This document shows positions 12,837 through 31,317 of a stretch of DNA of 64,000 nt, in pieces. Each line of letters opens with the position of its first letter. The stretch's first letter is position 1. Below the pieces are notes generated by a model that did not search any database, was not told where the DNA came from, and worked only from the letters and a program-made list of their open reading frames with translations. This stretch comes from Eledone cirrhosa (Eukaryota), in the NCBI GenBank assembly GCA_964016885.1, contig OZ024742.1:251472001-251536000 (forward strand). The letters are read 5' to 3'. The translations under genes were made by a program, and so were the position numbers.

Positions 12837-13256
12837 GCACGAGGGGTCTATGTATGCAACGCATGCATTACATGCCTTGGTTTCTAGCCAGGATAATTTT
12901 TGTTAAATATAAAATTATTGATAAATTTCACTATCCTTATTTTACTCATAATATATATATATATATATATATATATAACAGACTTACTATGAACGCCGAT
13001 GTGATCTTATACCTCCAAGTATTCTTCTGAAAGAATAAACGTATCATGAATGTGTAGCCTTACTTTGCTGTCGTACGAATTGGATTTTCCCTCCAGCAAC
13101 ATCTGTAAGGACAATAATTTGTCTCTGATGAGTATTATAAGTGCATCTCTACTGTAATATATATATACACATATATGTCTACCTACTGTATTATAAATGT
13201 ACTTGAAGACGAAATACCATGTAAAAATTAAATCTTGTATTTGAATGTCTTGCTTT

Positions 13257-13515
13257 CTACCCGACTTCCCATGGGTACAAGCCGAAGCTGAAGCATATAG
13301 ACAATATGCCCCCATCCCCTCCCACTGAAAAGTGGTCGTGGAGGTGCCACGGCAAAAAAGCACCCAGCCCACACTGTAAAGTGGATGTGTAGGCGCCACG
13401 GAAGAAAAGCACCCAGCACTCACTGTAAATGAGGTTGGTGTTAGGAAGGGCATCCAACTGTAGAAATCAAGCCCAAATCAGTTCCAGTGTGAACAAGACA
13501 AGGTCAGTTGAAATA
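13257..13515 (+). mobile_element. RTE 3' UTR fragment
   Basis: Homologous to 335-575. Confidence 0.8.
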
Positions 13516-13989
13516 CTACTAGGCTTTCTTTCTGTCTTTGCCCAACAGTTACTAAATAAACTTCAATTATTGAATATGATCATCAGGAGAGGGAGCTTAA
13601 GCTAGATGCTGGGCGAAACCAAATTAAATTCTGCATGTTATAGTCTTTGCAGCTGAGATCAAAGGCTTGCTTTTTCAGACAGATTTAGAGTGTTGTTGAT
13701 TCTGGTTCATTCGATACTGTAGACTATATACAGGACGTTTGATGACCTTAATGTCACATCAAAAGTTCCTTCCTTTTTTTTTACTGTTTTAAGACCTGGA
13801 TTCAGTCATGTGACCACTACCCAGAATTTTATTTTGACTAGTTTCACACTTCAAGTGTATAGGAGTAACCGTCAAGATTTTTGTGAATAAAAAGGTAAAA
13901 TTTTCATCCATTTATTCATTCTAATACTTTAAAATTTAATTTTAAATATATCAAATTATTTTTTAAAAAGGTACGTAAAAAAGTAAACT

Positions 13990-14620
13990 CGGACCTATTT
14001 TTGTTATCATACACGTTGAACAAAGATTTAAAAGAATGGGAGAGTTCAGATTTGTGGAATTGTTCAATCTGAAGCTTTTTAACGCTTACAAAAGAAAATT
14101 TCCGATGGAAGCGTTTTCATCTTTGGATGTCTATTTAAACATATTGGATTTGGATGGATTGAAATGTGAACTGAAATCAATTTATGCTGCAAATTTGGCA
14201 AAGCAAGCCTCAAGCATCCAGGAAGCCACAAACATAATACGGGAACTTGAACTAAATCAAGCTATGGCAGAAGTAACAAAATTATTACACCTAATTCTGA
14301 CCATACCCGCCACATCTGCTTCATGTGAGAGATCATTTTCTTTATTAAAGCAAGTAAATAATTATATGAAGTGTTCTCTAAGTGAAGAGAGATTGAGCAA
14401 TTTGGTCTTCATTTCCATGACTAAAGACCGTTTGAAGAAGGTGAAGGTAGAGCATGGTGCTGATACATTTTATAGCCAAGTGATCGATGAATTTACCAAA
14501 AAGAAACAAAGAATTGAACTAATTTACAAATGAATTTTAAATATTTCATTATTTGAAGGTTTTATTATTTACTCATACTCCTCACATAATCAATATCATG
14601 ACAGGCTCATCGCCAGTCTG
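13990..14620 (+). mobile_element. hAT transposase C-terminal (dimerisation domain) fragment; ORF 14036-14533
   Basis: KLLHLILTIPATSASCERSFSLLKQVNNYMKCSLSEERLSNL. Confidence 0.85.
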
Positions 14621-14854
14621 TTACTAATGGGGAGATAACATGTCTAGTGGAGAGAGGTATCAAGCCTTAAGTGTGGTCTGTTGGTAGATGTGCATTTTCT
14701 CACATTCAAATTATCTCATATCACATTTACAAATGGAGGAGAGGATGATGAATAATTTTGTGAGAGGTGGGTGGGGGGGTAAGGCTCCACAGCCCTATTC
14801 TCCACCATGGCGATTGGACTGCATGCCCTGCTTTCCAAGTTACCTTCGTCACAG

Positions 14855-14885
<31 letters not shown>

Positions 14886-14941
14886 CACACACACACATAC
14901 ACACACAGACATACACACACACATATATATATGTGTGTGTG

Positions 14942-14989
<48 letters not shown>

Positions 14990-15049
14990 CATACACACAC
15001 ACACACATACACACACAGACATACACACACACATATATATATGTGTGTT

Positions 15050-15084
<35 letters not shown>
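14855..15084. repeat. Compound (TA)/(CA) microsatellite duplicated in tandem
   Basis: The same interrupted pattern occurs twice with a ~110-bp period. Confidence 0.85.
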
Positions 15085-15085
<1 letters not shown>

Positions 15086-15092
<7 letters not shown>

Positions 15093-15439
15093 ATAAATGG
15101 AAACTATATTTATAAAACCATATTTATTTCATTATATATATTTCAGGGATAACATATTAACAATATGCTATGCCGTTTTGCAAGATAAGTCAACATGAAT
15201 GGATCTGTTATTTTTATCTAAAGACATTTTTTCCAATTCCAAATCTATCTATCGTCCGAAACGGCATAGCATATTGTTAATATGTTATCCCTGAAATATA
15301 TATAATGAAATAAATATGGTTTTATAAATATAGTTTCCATTTATTTAATATTGTAAATATACTCCAAATATTTGTCGAGTGCTTTTATATCAGTTATAAA
15401 TATTTACTAGTTGTAACACAACAATTTAAATATAACTTT

Positions 15440-15442
<3 letters not shown>
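15086..15442 (+). mobile_element. PLE 3'-end mini-element with inverted ~92-bp arms, inside (TA)n
   Basis: 15086-15178 is the reverse complement of ~15259-15352; the right part is homologous to the PLE end at 38255-38408. Confidence 0.8.
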
Positions 15443-15477
<35 letters not shown>

Positions 15478-16409
15478 CACCAGTTGCGTTGTGTTCTATG
15501 TGGTAAAAAGGATAGATTATCACAATTATCAGATTGATTTAATAGTGTAGCATTGTGGTATACAAATAATGCTTCACATGTATTCTACGAATTATAAATT
15601 GTCAGGGTTGTGGAAAAAAACACTGAGGCGTGTATGTTGATGTTCAGTGTTTTATTTATTAATTCTTGGTGATTCTGACGTTTCAATATATTATGAAACA
15701 ACATTTAATCAGTCATAAGCCTATGGAATCTGGATTATTAGATAATCAATTACTTCATAATGCCAGGTTTATCGTACATGCATCTCTTCTGAGAAATTTA
15801 AGTAATTAATCTTTTCTAATTTTCCAACCTCTCCCTCCAAACTTTACTCTTTTCTGATGAAGGACTGATATCCAAGTGCTAATGGCTCTCTGTTTATCTT
15901 GTTTATCTTGTTTATCTTGTTTATCTTGAACTATCCATCCTGTAAGGTGGTCATATTTGTGATGTGAAAAAAGCACCCAGTTCACCCTATAAGGTTGTCA
16001 TGCTAGTGATACAACAAAAACACACAGGCTAGTTGTGCTGGTGACATGATGAAAAAGCACCCTGTTAGATGGTAATTTTGATGCCATGATAAAAAGCATG
16101 TAGTCCACACTGTAACATGATTGGAATTAGGAAGAGCCTCCTGCCACAGAAACCAACTGTATAATCAGCTCCTGTTTATTACTGGAATTCTATAAGAATC
16201 CAGCTTCTATAATTTTCAGCGGAAACAGGGGTGTACATGGCTCTGATGAATCCCAACCACCGTGAAACAGACTGTGAGCTTCTCTCCCTTCTTTCGCCGA
16301 AAAGAAGTAAGTGACATAGTCACTACTTTAAAACTGATAGTGTATGGTCTTCTAAATGTTTTTAATTAAACATATGGTATATTGCCAAATATACATATAC
16401 TATACATAC

Positions 16410-16454
<45 letters not shown>

Positions 16455-16867
16455 TATATATATAAACACATATAAATAAACACCCCAACACCACTCCCAA
16501 TCAATTATCTTGCTGTTACCATTCACTATTTTCTGTACATAAAATATGTATATCCTGTAATTCCTTTAAATCTTCATCAGCACTCCTTCACTCCCACAAA
16601 AAAAACGAAATCTCTTTCATATATAGAGCCACATATCATAACACAAACTGATCTCTGTTTGACAATCACCACCAACGAATGTGAGAAATTCTCCAGGAAA
16701 GTTAACCAGGAATCTTTAAAAAAATCTCCCCACCGAAGTTAACAAAGAACTTATTAGATCTACAAAACCAAATTGTAAAATCATAATACTATAAAATAAA
16801 ATGAAATTGTTTAGAACCATAAGTGAAGTCATTCTTTGCCTTTTTTTTAAATATATATATGCATATA

Positions 16868-17053
16868 TACACTGTAAATGTGGTTGGCATTAGGAAGGGC
16901 ATATAACTGTAGAAATCTAGCCAGAAACAGTTATGTATGAGCACGATATGGTCACCAGACTCAAACTGCCTCAAATGGGGCAACCCGTCTAAACCATGCT
17001 AGCTTGGAAGGTGGACATTAAACAGTGACGATGACGATGATGATGATGATGAT
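16868..17053 (+). mobile_element. RTE 3' UTR with (GAT)n tail
   Basis: Family homology; tail-to-tail with another 3' end starting at 17064. Confidence 0.75.
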
Positions 17054-17496
17054 ATACACATGTATCATCATCATCAACAACATCATCATTTACACTTGCT
17101 TTCACTGCTAACAAGGGTTGGAGAGGTTTTTACAGAGTGAATCAGTACTGAAGCGAGGCTTCTGACCTCCTAGTCAGACATGGGTGTGTAGTCTACTTAC
17201 ATACAAACCCATTTTCTACATAGTGCATTTTATCATGGCACCAGCACTAGAGAGATTGTCATGCTGTTGCCACAACTGAAGGGGCATCCTTTACCCTTTG
17301 TTTGGCAAGCTTTCTACATCTGGATGACCTTTCTATCACTTTACAGCATGTACTGGGTGCACTTATGTAAATCACCAACACTAGTGATGTTGCATCGTTG
17401 ACACAACTGAAGTATTCTCTCTCATACACATACACACACACTCACACACAAACGTGCAAACATGTAGTCAGTACATACAGTTGGCCTCCCATTGTA

Positions 17497-17597
<101 letters not shown>

Positions 17598-17991
17598 CAC
17601 ATATATACACACAGAAATATATATATGTATAGTTAAGATTTCTCATTGTGAAACTAATGAAATGTCAGCTGTAGATCTGTAGAATTTAGTAATTAAACCA
17701 TCTTCTGTTCTTATAGAAAAAACCATTTGATTTAGTTTGATGTAATATATTATTGTATTAATGAGAAAAGGTTTGTAAACGGAAATTGGTAAGTACATGA
17801 GAGATGTAGCTCTGATGAAAACATCACAGATGATGCTAGATAGAAGATGAGTGAAAATTGATTTTCAATCTTTGAAGTAACAGCATGATTTTAACCTAAA
17901 TGATATACATAATACACCCACATACACACAAATATTTATATATACACACACATACACTTAGATATATATATACACACACGTACATGCATAT

Positions 17992-18033
<42 letters not shown>

Positions 18034-18391
18034 CACATAATAAAACAGAAGATTATATGCTGTACAACCACTGGCACAAAAAATAAATGCAGTGAAAGAC
18101 TGAAGGACAGTGTCGGTGATCAAATGGAGACAATATAGGGTGGGAAAAGACCCAGTGGTCTGGATGAGTATGTTAGCAACATTTTTAGTGCTGATACTAC
18201 AATAAAATGTTCTCAGTACACTCTGTAAAGTGTTAATGATGGCCCCATGAAAATAAAAAAAACACATCTTGTACACCTTGTAAGGTGATTGGTAGTGATT
18301 GTATCCAACTCTGGAATCGATAGTAACTAAACTTTACACATCAATATACTATATATATAAGTTTATACATATATATATATATATATGTTTT

Positions 18392-18467
<76 letters not shown>

Positions 18468-18484
18468 CATGCGTATATATATAT

Positions 18485-21400
18485 ATCATCATCATCATCA
18501 TCATCAACGTTTAACGTCCGTGTTCCACGCTTGCATGGGTTTGGACGGGGGTAGTCCCACTTGAGGCAAGAGTGATTGTCTTGCTCGCATAGGACTGTCT
18601 GGCAGGTTTTCTACAGTTGGATGCCCTTCCTAACACCAACCACATTTACAGTGTGGGTCTGGGAGGTTTTTACCGTGTTGCCTACACGGCCACATTACAG
18701 CGTGGACTGTGTGTTTTTTTGTCGTGACACCTACACGATCTCATTTGTTTCGGCCTGGATGGTGTGGCACCAACATAACTTTACATAGAAGGGTGGGGGG
18801 GTGTATTTTGTTAGAGATGCCTACTGGCTGGAGTAGGTTTTACTATATATTTAGGTAAGGCGGGTCTTCTCTGTTACTGAGTACCGCCAAAGGTCTCGGT
18901 CCAGTGACATTGTCTTGGAGAGGTGTAAGTGTGTGATGTCGGAGTTTATCAGCTCGTCCCAGGTTTTCCTAGGTCTGCCTATTCCGTGACTACCGTCTAT
19001 CTTTATTGCCCTGCACTTTGTTATACAGCTATCGACTTTCATGCGCATCACGTGTCCATACCAACGTAGCCTTCTCTCGAGTAAACAACATCTGATCCCT
19101 CTTATCTCTAATTTTTTCCTTAGTTCGTTTATGCTTTGCTGTTCACGTATATTACTGTTACACATCCAGCGGAGCATGCAAGCTTCGTTCCTCTCTAGTC
19201 TGCGTATATCCTCTGCACACAATGCCCAGGTCTCACTGCCGTGCAGCATTGCTGTTCGTATGCAGGCATCGTACAACCTGCCTTTCATTTTTAGTGAGAA
19301 CCCTTTAGCAGCTAATAGTGGTATAAGCTCTCTGAACTTTTTCCAACCAGTTCTGACTCTAGCTACAGTACTTTCAGAGCACCCTCCCCCACTGCTGATT
19401 TTATCGCCCAGGTAACGGAAGCTGTCCACTATTTCTATAGAACCCTCTGCGCAATTGAAAGAGCTAGTAGTTTGTGGGCACTTGCTGCTACTTATTGCAC
19501 CAGAGCACCGGCCACATGTAAAATCTATGTTCTTAGTTAGCTTACCTGTGATCCCACTACATCTTTTATGCACCCATACTTTGCATTTAGGACATAAAAT
19601 GGAGTTTCTACCTACGCCTTTCCTACACACCGAGCACGACCATTTCCCAGAAGGGACCGCCGCCTTGTTTTCTTTCCTACAAACTAGTACTTTGGTCTTA
19701 GCCAGGTTAATTTTAAGTCCTTTTGACTCTAGGCCGTGCTTCCATGTTTGGAATTTCTTCTCTAGCTCGGCCATTGATTCCGCTATGAGTGTCAGGTCGT
19801 CTGCGTATAGGAGTTCCCATGGGCAGCCTGTCTTGAACTCCTCTGTTATAGCCTGAAGGGCAATAATAAATAGTAGTGGGCTGAGAACAGAGCCCTGATG
19901 GACGCCAACTTTTACGCTCTACCTACGCCTTTCCTACACACCGAGCACGACCATTTCCCAGAAGGGACCGCCGCCTTGTTTTCTTTCCTACAAACTAGTA
20001 CTTTGGTCTTAGCCAGGTTAATTTTAAGTCCTTTTGACTCTAGGCCGTGCTTCCATGTTTGGAATTTCTTCTCTAGCTCGGCCATTGATTCCGCTATGTG
20101 TGTCAGGTCGTCTGCGTATAGGAGTTCCCATGGGCAGCCTGTCTTGAACTCCTCTGTTATAGCCTGAAGGGCAATAATAAATAGTAGTGGGCTGAGAACA
20201 GAGCCCTGATGGACGCCAACTTTTACGCTAAACTCTTCACTATATTCGTTGTTAATTCTAACCTTGCTGACTGTTTCTTTATACATGGCTTGTATAGCCC
20301 TCACAAGCCATTCGTCAACGCCTAGTTTTCTAAGAGCCCACCAGATAATGGAGCGGGGGACTCTGTCGAAGGCTTTCTCCAAGTCGACAAAAGCTAAGTA
20401 GAGGGGTTTACCTTTAGCTAGGTACTTCTCCTGTAGTTGTCGTACTATGAAAAGAGCGTCTGTGGTACTTTTGCCTGACACAAACCCGAACTGCATTTCA
20501 TCTAGGTCAATTCTCTCTCTGATTAGTTGCGCTATTACTTTTTCCGTGACCTTCATGACCTGGTCGATTAATTTAATGCCTCTATAGTTACTCCTATCTA
20601 GGGCGTCTCCTTTACCCTTATAACAGTTAACGATGATGCTGCTATGCCAGTCCTTCGGAACAACCCCATTCTGTACGACTTGGTTAACTATGCGGGTGAC
20701 CATGGTGTGTCCCACCGTGCCAGATGCCTTCAGCATCTCAGCAACTATTTCCGAAGGCCCAGCCGCCTTACCTGTCTTCATATCCTTGATTGCCTTACTT
20801 ATTATACTCCCCTCGACTAACACTGCTGGTCCCTCTATTGGGTCGATATGGGGGAGACTGCCTTTCTCCCAATTATTCTCCTCATTTAGTAGCCTTTCAT
20901 AGTGACACTTCCAAGCTACCTTCTTATCAGCGTCGGTGATGGCAAGTGTGCCATCGTCGTTTAGTACACACTTCTCCCCGACAATATCACGGTTTTCCTT
21001 GACGCATTGCCTAGCAATCCTGAACACCTCACGTTTTTGGTCATCGCGTTGTAGAACATGCTTGAACTTTCTTTCCTCAGCTTCCCTTCTTGCTAAGTAC
21101 ACTTGTCTCCTAGCTTCCCTCCTGGCCACTTGATAGTCCTCTCTACTTCCCCCATCCCGCCATACTTTCCAAGCCTGCTTTTTGGCCTTAATTGACCCCT
21201 CCACCTTACTGTTCCACCACCATGTTACTCTCCTCCTGCCTACAGGCCTGCTCCAGCCACAGACTTCGTCTGTCGCCAACAGCAGGTTTGCTTTCAGAAA
21301 TTCCCACTCTCCCTCTATATTGTCCGACTCTAAATGTTCTTCCTTACTGTCGAAAGCATCAAGTAATATGTTTTGAAATTTATTCCTGGCTGTGGGGTCC

Positions 21401-21733
21401 TTTAGCTTCCATATTTTCCTCCTGAGGATAGTCCTCTTCTGTTGTCGAGTACGTCTCGTCCTGACTATGAGGTCGCTAATTATCAGTCTATGTTGGGAGG
21501 TGCATTCTTCATGGGGGAGGGATTTAGTGTTAACAACAGACACTCTGTCACGTCTTCTGGTAAGGATATAATCTACCTGGCTTGTGTGTTCCCCGGATCT
21601 ATAGGTGATCAGGTGATTGTCACGTTTTTTGAAGTTAGTGTTACAGATAGTTAGGTTATTTGCATCACAGAATTCCAGGATTCTGGAGCCTTCCTCATTT
21701 CTAGTACCAAACCCATAGCCTCCATGGATTTCG

Positions 21734-21737
<4 letters not shown>
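18485..21737 (-). mobile_element. RTE-clade LINE, 5'-truncated (APE C-terminus, RT, PHD finger, C-terminal domain, 3' UTR)
   Basis: ORFs 19912-21543 and 18851-19774: NYRGI, QFGF, AFVDLEKAFD, GVHQGSVLSP, YADD, FRYLG; upstream in-frame APE motifs (RNEEG, VDYIL); (GAT)n tail. Confidence 0.95.
19608..20229. repeat. 311-bp tandem duplication inside the RTE RT
   Basis: 19608-19918 equals 19919-20229 apart from one substitution noticed. Confidence 0.95.
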
Positions 21738-21774
<37 letters not shown>

Positions 21775-21776
<2 letters not shown>

Positions 21777-22300
21777 TTATTCCGGGTTGAATCGGAGGTA
21801 ACCACAGTAAGTAAAGTACTCAATACATTGCAGAGTATAAAAGTTTTCATATAGAAGAGCTTCTACAGTACTAGAACTGTTTCATTCATGAGAAATCATC
21901 AGGAAGCTGGCTGTCCAAGTATATGGTAGTATTTATGTCTTTCCTTATCTGGTGGTAGGAGAGGGTGGGGATTGGGATGGGTGTAGGTCATTGGTTGAAG
22001 GATTTAAAGAAAAGGGAGTTCATTAAAAGCTAATTCTTTAAAGCTATAATATTAACAAAGGCAGAGAGAATACAGTAAGCAAGTTCAAAATTGGAATACC
22101 AATCCGTGTTTATCACTTAGACTAACAATGTCTGTAAGACAGGTGTCTACAGGATGGGTGGGGTTCAATGGTTTAAAGAAAATGGAAATTCTTTAGAAGT
22201 TAATTCTTTAAGGCTGAAATAAGGGTGACAAAGACAGAAAGGGTTCCATCAACAGATTCAAGTGTTGGGGTGAACCCCCTTATTGTGAAGTTTCTCTTAA
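21775..22300 (-). mobile_element. PLE 3' UTR and terminus fragment
   Basis: Contains an intact HHR; terminus shared with 11853 and 49793; abuts (TA)n. Confidence 0.65.
21858..21908 (-). ncRNA. Type I hammerhead ribozyme, intact core
   Basis: AGCTTC-CTGATGA-tttctcatgaat-GAAA-CAGT tctagt ACTG-TA-GAAGCT; 6-bp stem I, 4-bp stem III, GUA site. Confidence 0.85.
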
Positions 22301-22476
22301 TATATATTCCATGTGACCACAAACACATTCAGACACGCGCGCACTTACACACGGACACACACTTACATGCACGCACACACAGGCACACACACAACAAACA
22401 TACATAATGGTATATACACACATACATACATACAAATATATACATACACATATATATATATGTGTACATACATGCG

Positions 22477-22546
<70 letters not shown>

Positions 22547-22802
22547 CACATACATACACATATACATATATATATATAAGAAAAATCGAGTGCTGCATGG
22601 TTCCACATGGGTTACATATGAATAAAATTAGTCCTTCATCAGTGATCTTCCAACCTTCATTGGTATTTCATCACTTTAAAAATCATATACCTCTAGTTGG
22701 TGCAAGCAATAACTAAATAAAGTTATTGGGACAACTAAAATAGGGTGAAGCGAGCGAGACATGTAAACAAACATATACACACACACACGGTCTCATACAT
22801 AC

Positions 22803-25633
<2,831 letters not shown>

Positions 25634-25636
25634 ATA

Positions 25637-26939
25637 CAGGGTGGGGCATAATTCCTGTTACAAAGTTTTAAATCAATTTAAAAATACATTATGTTGCTAA
25701 TATAACTAATATACTTGTATCAAATCCATGCACTATAACCATATTAACAAAATATTTTTAGAACATTACGCCATTAACAATTTGCAATGTCCATAGAATT
25801 GAAAAGAAAGTTTATAATAGAGAAGCATGAAAAAGGCCTGACTCCACCCGAGATATTTAAACTGGGGAAAATTCTTAAGATCAATAGAATGTTGATCAAA
25901 AGGACAATCGATCGATTTAAGGAAACTTCCTCGACCAAAGACTGACCTCAATCCGGGCGCCCTCGCACCTCAAGAACATCAAAACTCGTTAAAAGTGTGA
26001 GGGGAAAAAATAAGGCATAATCCAAGAAGGTCTATGAGAAAAATGGCAGAAGAAGCAGAAACATCGCCGAGAACTATGCGGAGGATATGTCGAGATGATC
26101 TGGGGATGTCACCCTATAAGTTCCAAAAGAGGCAGCTTCTTTCTGCAGCCACAATTGAAAAGAGGCTCTCCAGAAGTAAAGTTATTGAACTGTATCAAGG
26201 ATGGCACGCTGCAAAACATCATCTTTACAGATGAGAAGTTATTCACTGTGCACCAATCTCACCATCTCCAAATGATGGAGTACTTGCAAAAAGTCTCAAA
26301 TCAATTCCTTCAAGTGTAGGAAAAGTGTTCAGAACACAGAAACCAGCATCAGTGATGGTTTGGGCAGCCATTTCTGAAAGAGGGAAGTCTCCTCTGATTG
26401 TTGTGCCTCAAGGAGTTAAAATTAACAAAGAACTTTGCATAAAGGATATTTTGGAGGGAGCACTGATGCCATGGTGCACATCTGTTTATGGCGATGACAT
26501 TTGGACTCTCCAACAAGATGGAGCGACTAGCCACACTGCTCGCGTAACAACAGTGGTGTAGAGACCATTGTCCTGCATGGATCAGTAAGGAAGAGTGGCC
26601 TCCCACATCACCAGATCTCAACCCTCTCAATTTTTCTTTATGGTCAATTCTTGAGAGTGAAGCCTGCTCTACTCCTAGCCAAAATATTGAAACTCTAAAA
26701 TCAAAACTGAATAAAGTATGGGAGAAAATACCCATGGAAACTGTTCGTGCAGCCATCAAAGACTTTCCTAGAAGTCTTCGAGCAGTAGTGAGAGCTAGAG
26801 GAAAGCATTTCGAATAAATTTTTGTGCAGTTATTTCATAGTATATTACTTACTATTTGTTGAAGTCAGATCTTGAAATAAATGTTTTTTTCAAGAACTAT
26901 TTACATTTTATTTTGTAACAGTTTTTATGCCCCACCCTG
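25637..26939 (+). mobile_element. Tc1/mariner superfamily, DD37D (maT) transposon, full length, frameshifted
   Basis: TIRs cagggtggggcataa.../...ttatgccccaccctg with TA flanks; IFTDEK, QQDGA, WPPTSPDLNPLN; 37 residues between the 2nd D and the (D>N) 3rd after repairing one frameshift. Confidence 0.92.
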
Positions 26940-26959
26940 TATATACATATATATATGAA

Positions 26960-27660
26960 GAGGCGGATTTTCGGGTCTTTATGAAGGTCCGACTTTCACA
27001 CCGATATCAAACTGTGGCATGCCGCCCAGGCTTTGCTCTTCCTCTCAACCACATCATCTTCCGTATTCCCAATCTTCCCAAATACAGGAAGTCCTCAACC
27101 AATTCTAGCGGCTTCTCGCTTACATTAGTGATTCCCTCTGGCTTCTCAACATTCTCTACCAGATATTTTGTTTTAGTCTCATTCATTCTCAGCCCCACAC
27201 TCATCGACACAATCTCAACCTCCTGCATCAAATCCTCTGCCTCCTTCACTATATTTGTCACCAAAACTATGTCGTCGGCAAATTCAGCATTTGATATCTT
27301 TTTCTCCTTAACTCTCCTGTTCTGAGCCAGTGCTACAGTAAAGCCAGAGTCCTGGTGTTTCTCCAGTGCAAGGCGCATACAATAGTCCACGACGATGATA
27401 AAAGGTAGGGAGCCAATGTATCTCCCTGGAGCACTCCAGCCAGTATCTTAAAGGACTCTGTCATCCCATCAGGTGTAATGACTTGGGCTTTGGTGTTGGT
27501 GTGGAGCAGTGATATCAGGTCCACTATCTTCTTGGGAATTCCATAAGCCTGTAAGATCTTCATCAGGCAGTGACGGTCCACAGAATCAAAGGCCTTCCTA
27601 AAGTCAATGAAAACCATGACCGCAGGAAGACACTTTGGACTAGCTCCCTCTAATATGTGA
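26960..27660 (-). mobile_element. RTE/RTEX-type LINE RT fragment
   Basis: FIDFRKAFDSV, GVLQGDTLAPYL, EFADDI, DFLYLG. Confidence 0.85.
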
Positions 27661-28133
27661 CTGGTGGTTGATCGTATATTTCCAAAAAGCGAATGAAACC
27701 TTTGGGGGTAGAAACATAATTTTGGTATGTTTATGTACATTTTTTCTTCTAACTTTGATTTTGTACCTAATTGTGTATGGTTGGCTATATGTCTAGTCAA
27801 TTTCTACGGAGTATTAGAAATACTAGGTAAATCTTCTGTGGCTGTGGATCGCGGATAAAATAGCTATCATTTATTTATCTATTGTTTCTTCATAGGTACA
27901 TTTTAAACTTATAGCCTCGTTTAATTGATTTTTTTATGTGGTTGATTATGCTGATTGGGAGGAGAAATACTGTATATATTTTATCAAATGATTCTATGGA
28001 CTTACTTTCTTATATATATATATATATATACATATATACAGATATATACACACGCACATACACACGTACATACATACATTTAGAAATATATATATATACA
28101 TATATACACACATATATATATATACATATATGT

Positions 28134-28212
<79 letters not shown>

Positions 28213-28320
28213 ATATATATACATAATCATACATACACATACATACACATACAAATACATACATACATGCAGACACATATATCCAAATATATATATACAT
28301 ATATATACACGCATACATAT

Positions 28321-30045
<1,725 letters not shown>

Positions 30046-30097
30046 TATATATACATATATATATATATATGCATATAAATAAACACATATATATACA

Positions 30098-30285
30098 CTC
30101 CTTTGAGAGCCCCTACATAGACACACTAGAAGAGGAAGACCAAGGTTAACGTATGTTGATGCCCTAAGGACAGACACTGATCTGTTGGAGACGCAGGACA
30201 TGGCAGCGATAATGAGGGACAGAGACCGCTGGAGAGAACTCGTCCATGGATCTCGGGAATTTTACCCGCCTTAGATAGATAGATA
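30098..30285 (+). mobile_element. RTE/RTEX 3' end with (TAGA)n tail
   Basis: EPLHRHTRRGRPRLTYVDALRTDT...MRDRDRWRELV. Confidence 0.75.
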
Positions 30286-30714
30286 TATATACACATATAC
30301 AAACTCACACATACATACATATATACATATACAAATACATACATATATATACATATACAGACATATATATAAATAAAAACATATATATATATACACATAC
30401 ACACATATATACATATAAATACATACATACACACATACATATACACATACATACACATATACATATATAAATATAAAAATATATATATACATATACATAC
30501 ATGTATATATACATACATATACATATATACACATATATATATACACACATACACATACACACATATATATATACACACAAACATACACATATACATATAA
30601 ACACACGTACACACAAACATACATACATACGTACGGCCACTCATACAAATATGTACAGACATACACTCATAAATATAAACATATACACAGACACATATAT
30701 ACAGTATAAAGGTT

Positions 30715-31030
30715 AAGTACGCTCTACATGCGGAAAGAGCAGATATGTAAGAAGTACTTACATGACCATAGTGTCGTGTTTCGGGTCGAGAGAGGTTAGA
30801 GGTAGCGTGGGAAGGATGTGGAGGGGTATTTTGTCGAGGGGTTTTTAAAAAAAAAAGGGGGGAAATCTTTTTTAGCCATCTGACATTAACACTGGCTTAA
30901 GGTATTTAAAAGTTGCAAAGTTTTTGTACATGCAATTCGGGCAGTGTTCAGAGAGTTTGTTCAGTAGGCCCTTGGCAAATAATATTTCGTAGCTCTCTGA
31001 GATACAAAGGTCGCAGCACTTGTGTCCTCC
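30715..31030 (-). mobile_element. PLE GIY-YIG C-terminal fragment flanked by long inverted microsatellite-rich arms
   Basis: GGHKCCDLCISESYEILFAKGLLNKLSEHCPNC. Confidence 0.65.
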
Positions 31031-31277
31031 CTTGTATATACTGTATATAAGTGTATATTTATGAGTGTATGTTTGTACGTATTTGTATGAGTGGCCGTAC
31101 GTATGTATGAGTATGTTTGTGTGTATATGCGTATATGTGTATGTATGTGTATATGTACGTATGTATGAGTATGTTTATATGTATATGCGTATATGTGTAT
31201 GTATGTGTATGTTTGTGTGTATATATATGTATATGTAAGTATGCATTTATATGTTTATATGTGTGTATGTGTGTGTA

Positions 31278-31317
<40 letters not shown>

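Noticed and set aside
13124-13135. Isolated CTGATGA motifs (also ~15854, ~17812, ~22636)
   Set aside because: No properly placed GAAA, UH site and stem I, so not callable as hammerheads
14688-15115. Many ORFs rich in YI, CV, HT (here and throughout)
   Set aside because: Translations of (TA)n, (TG)n and (CA)n microsatellites
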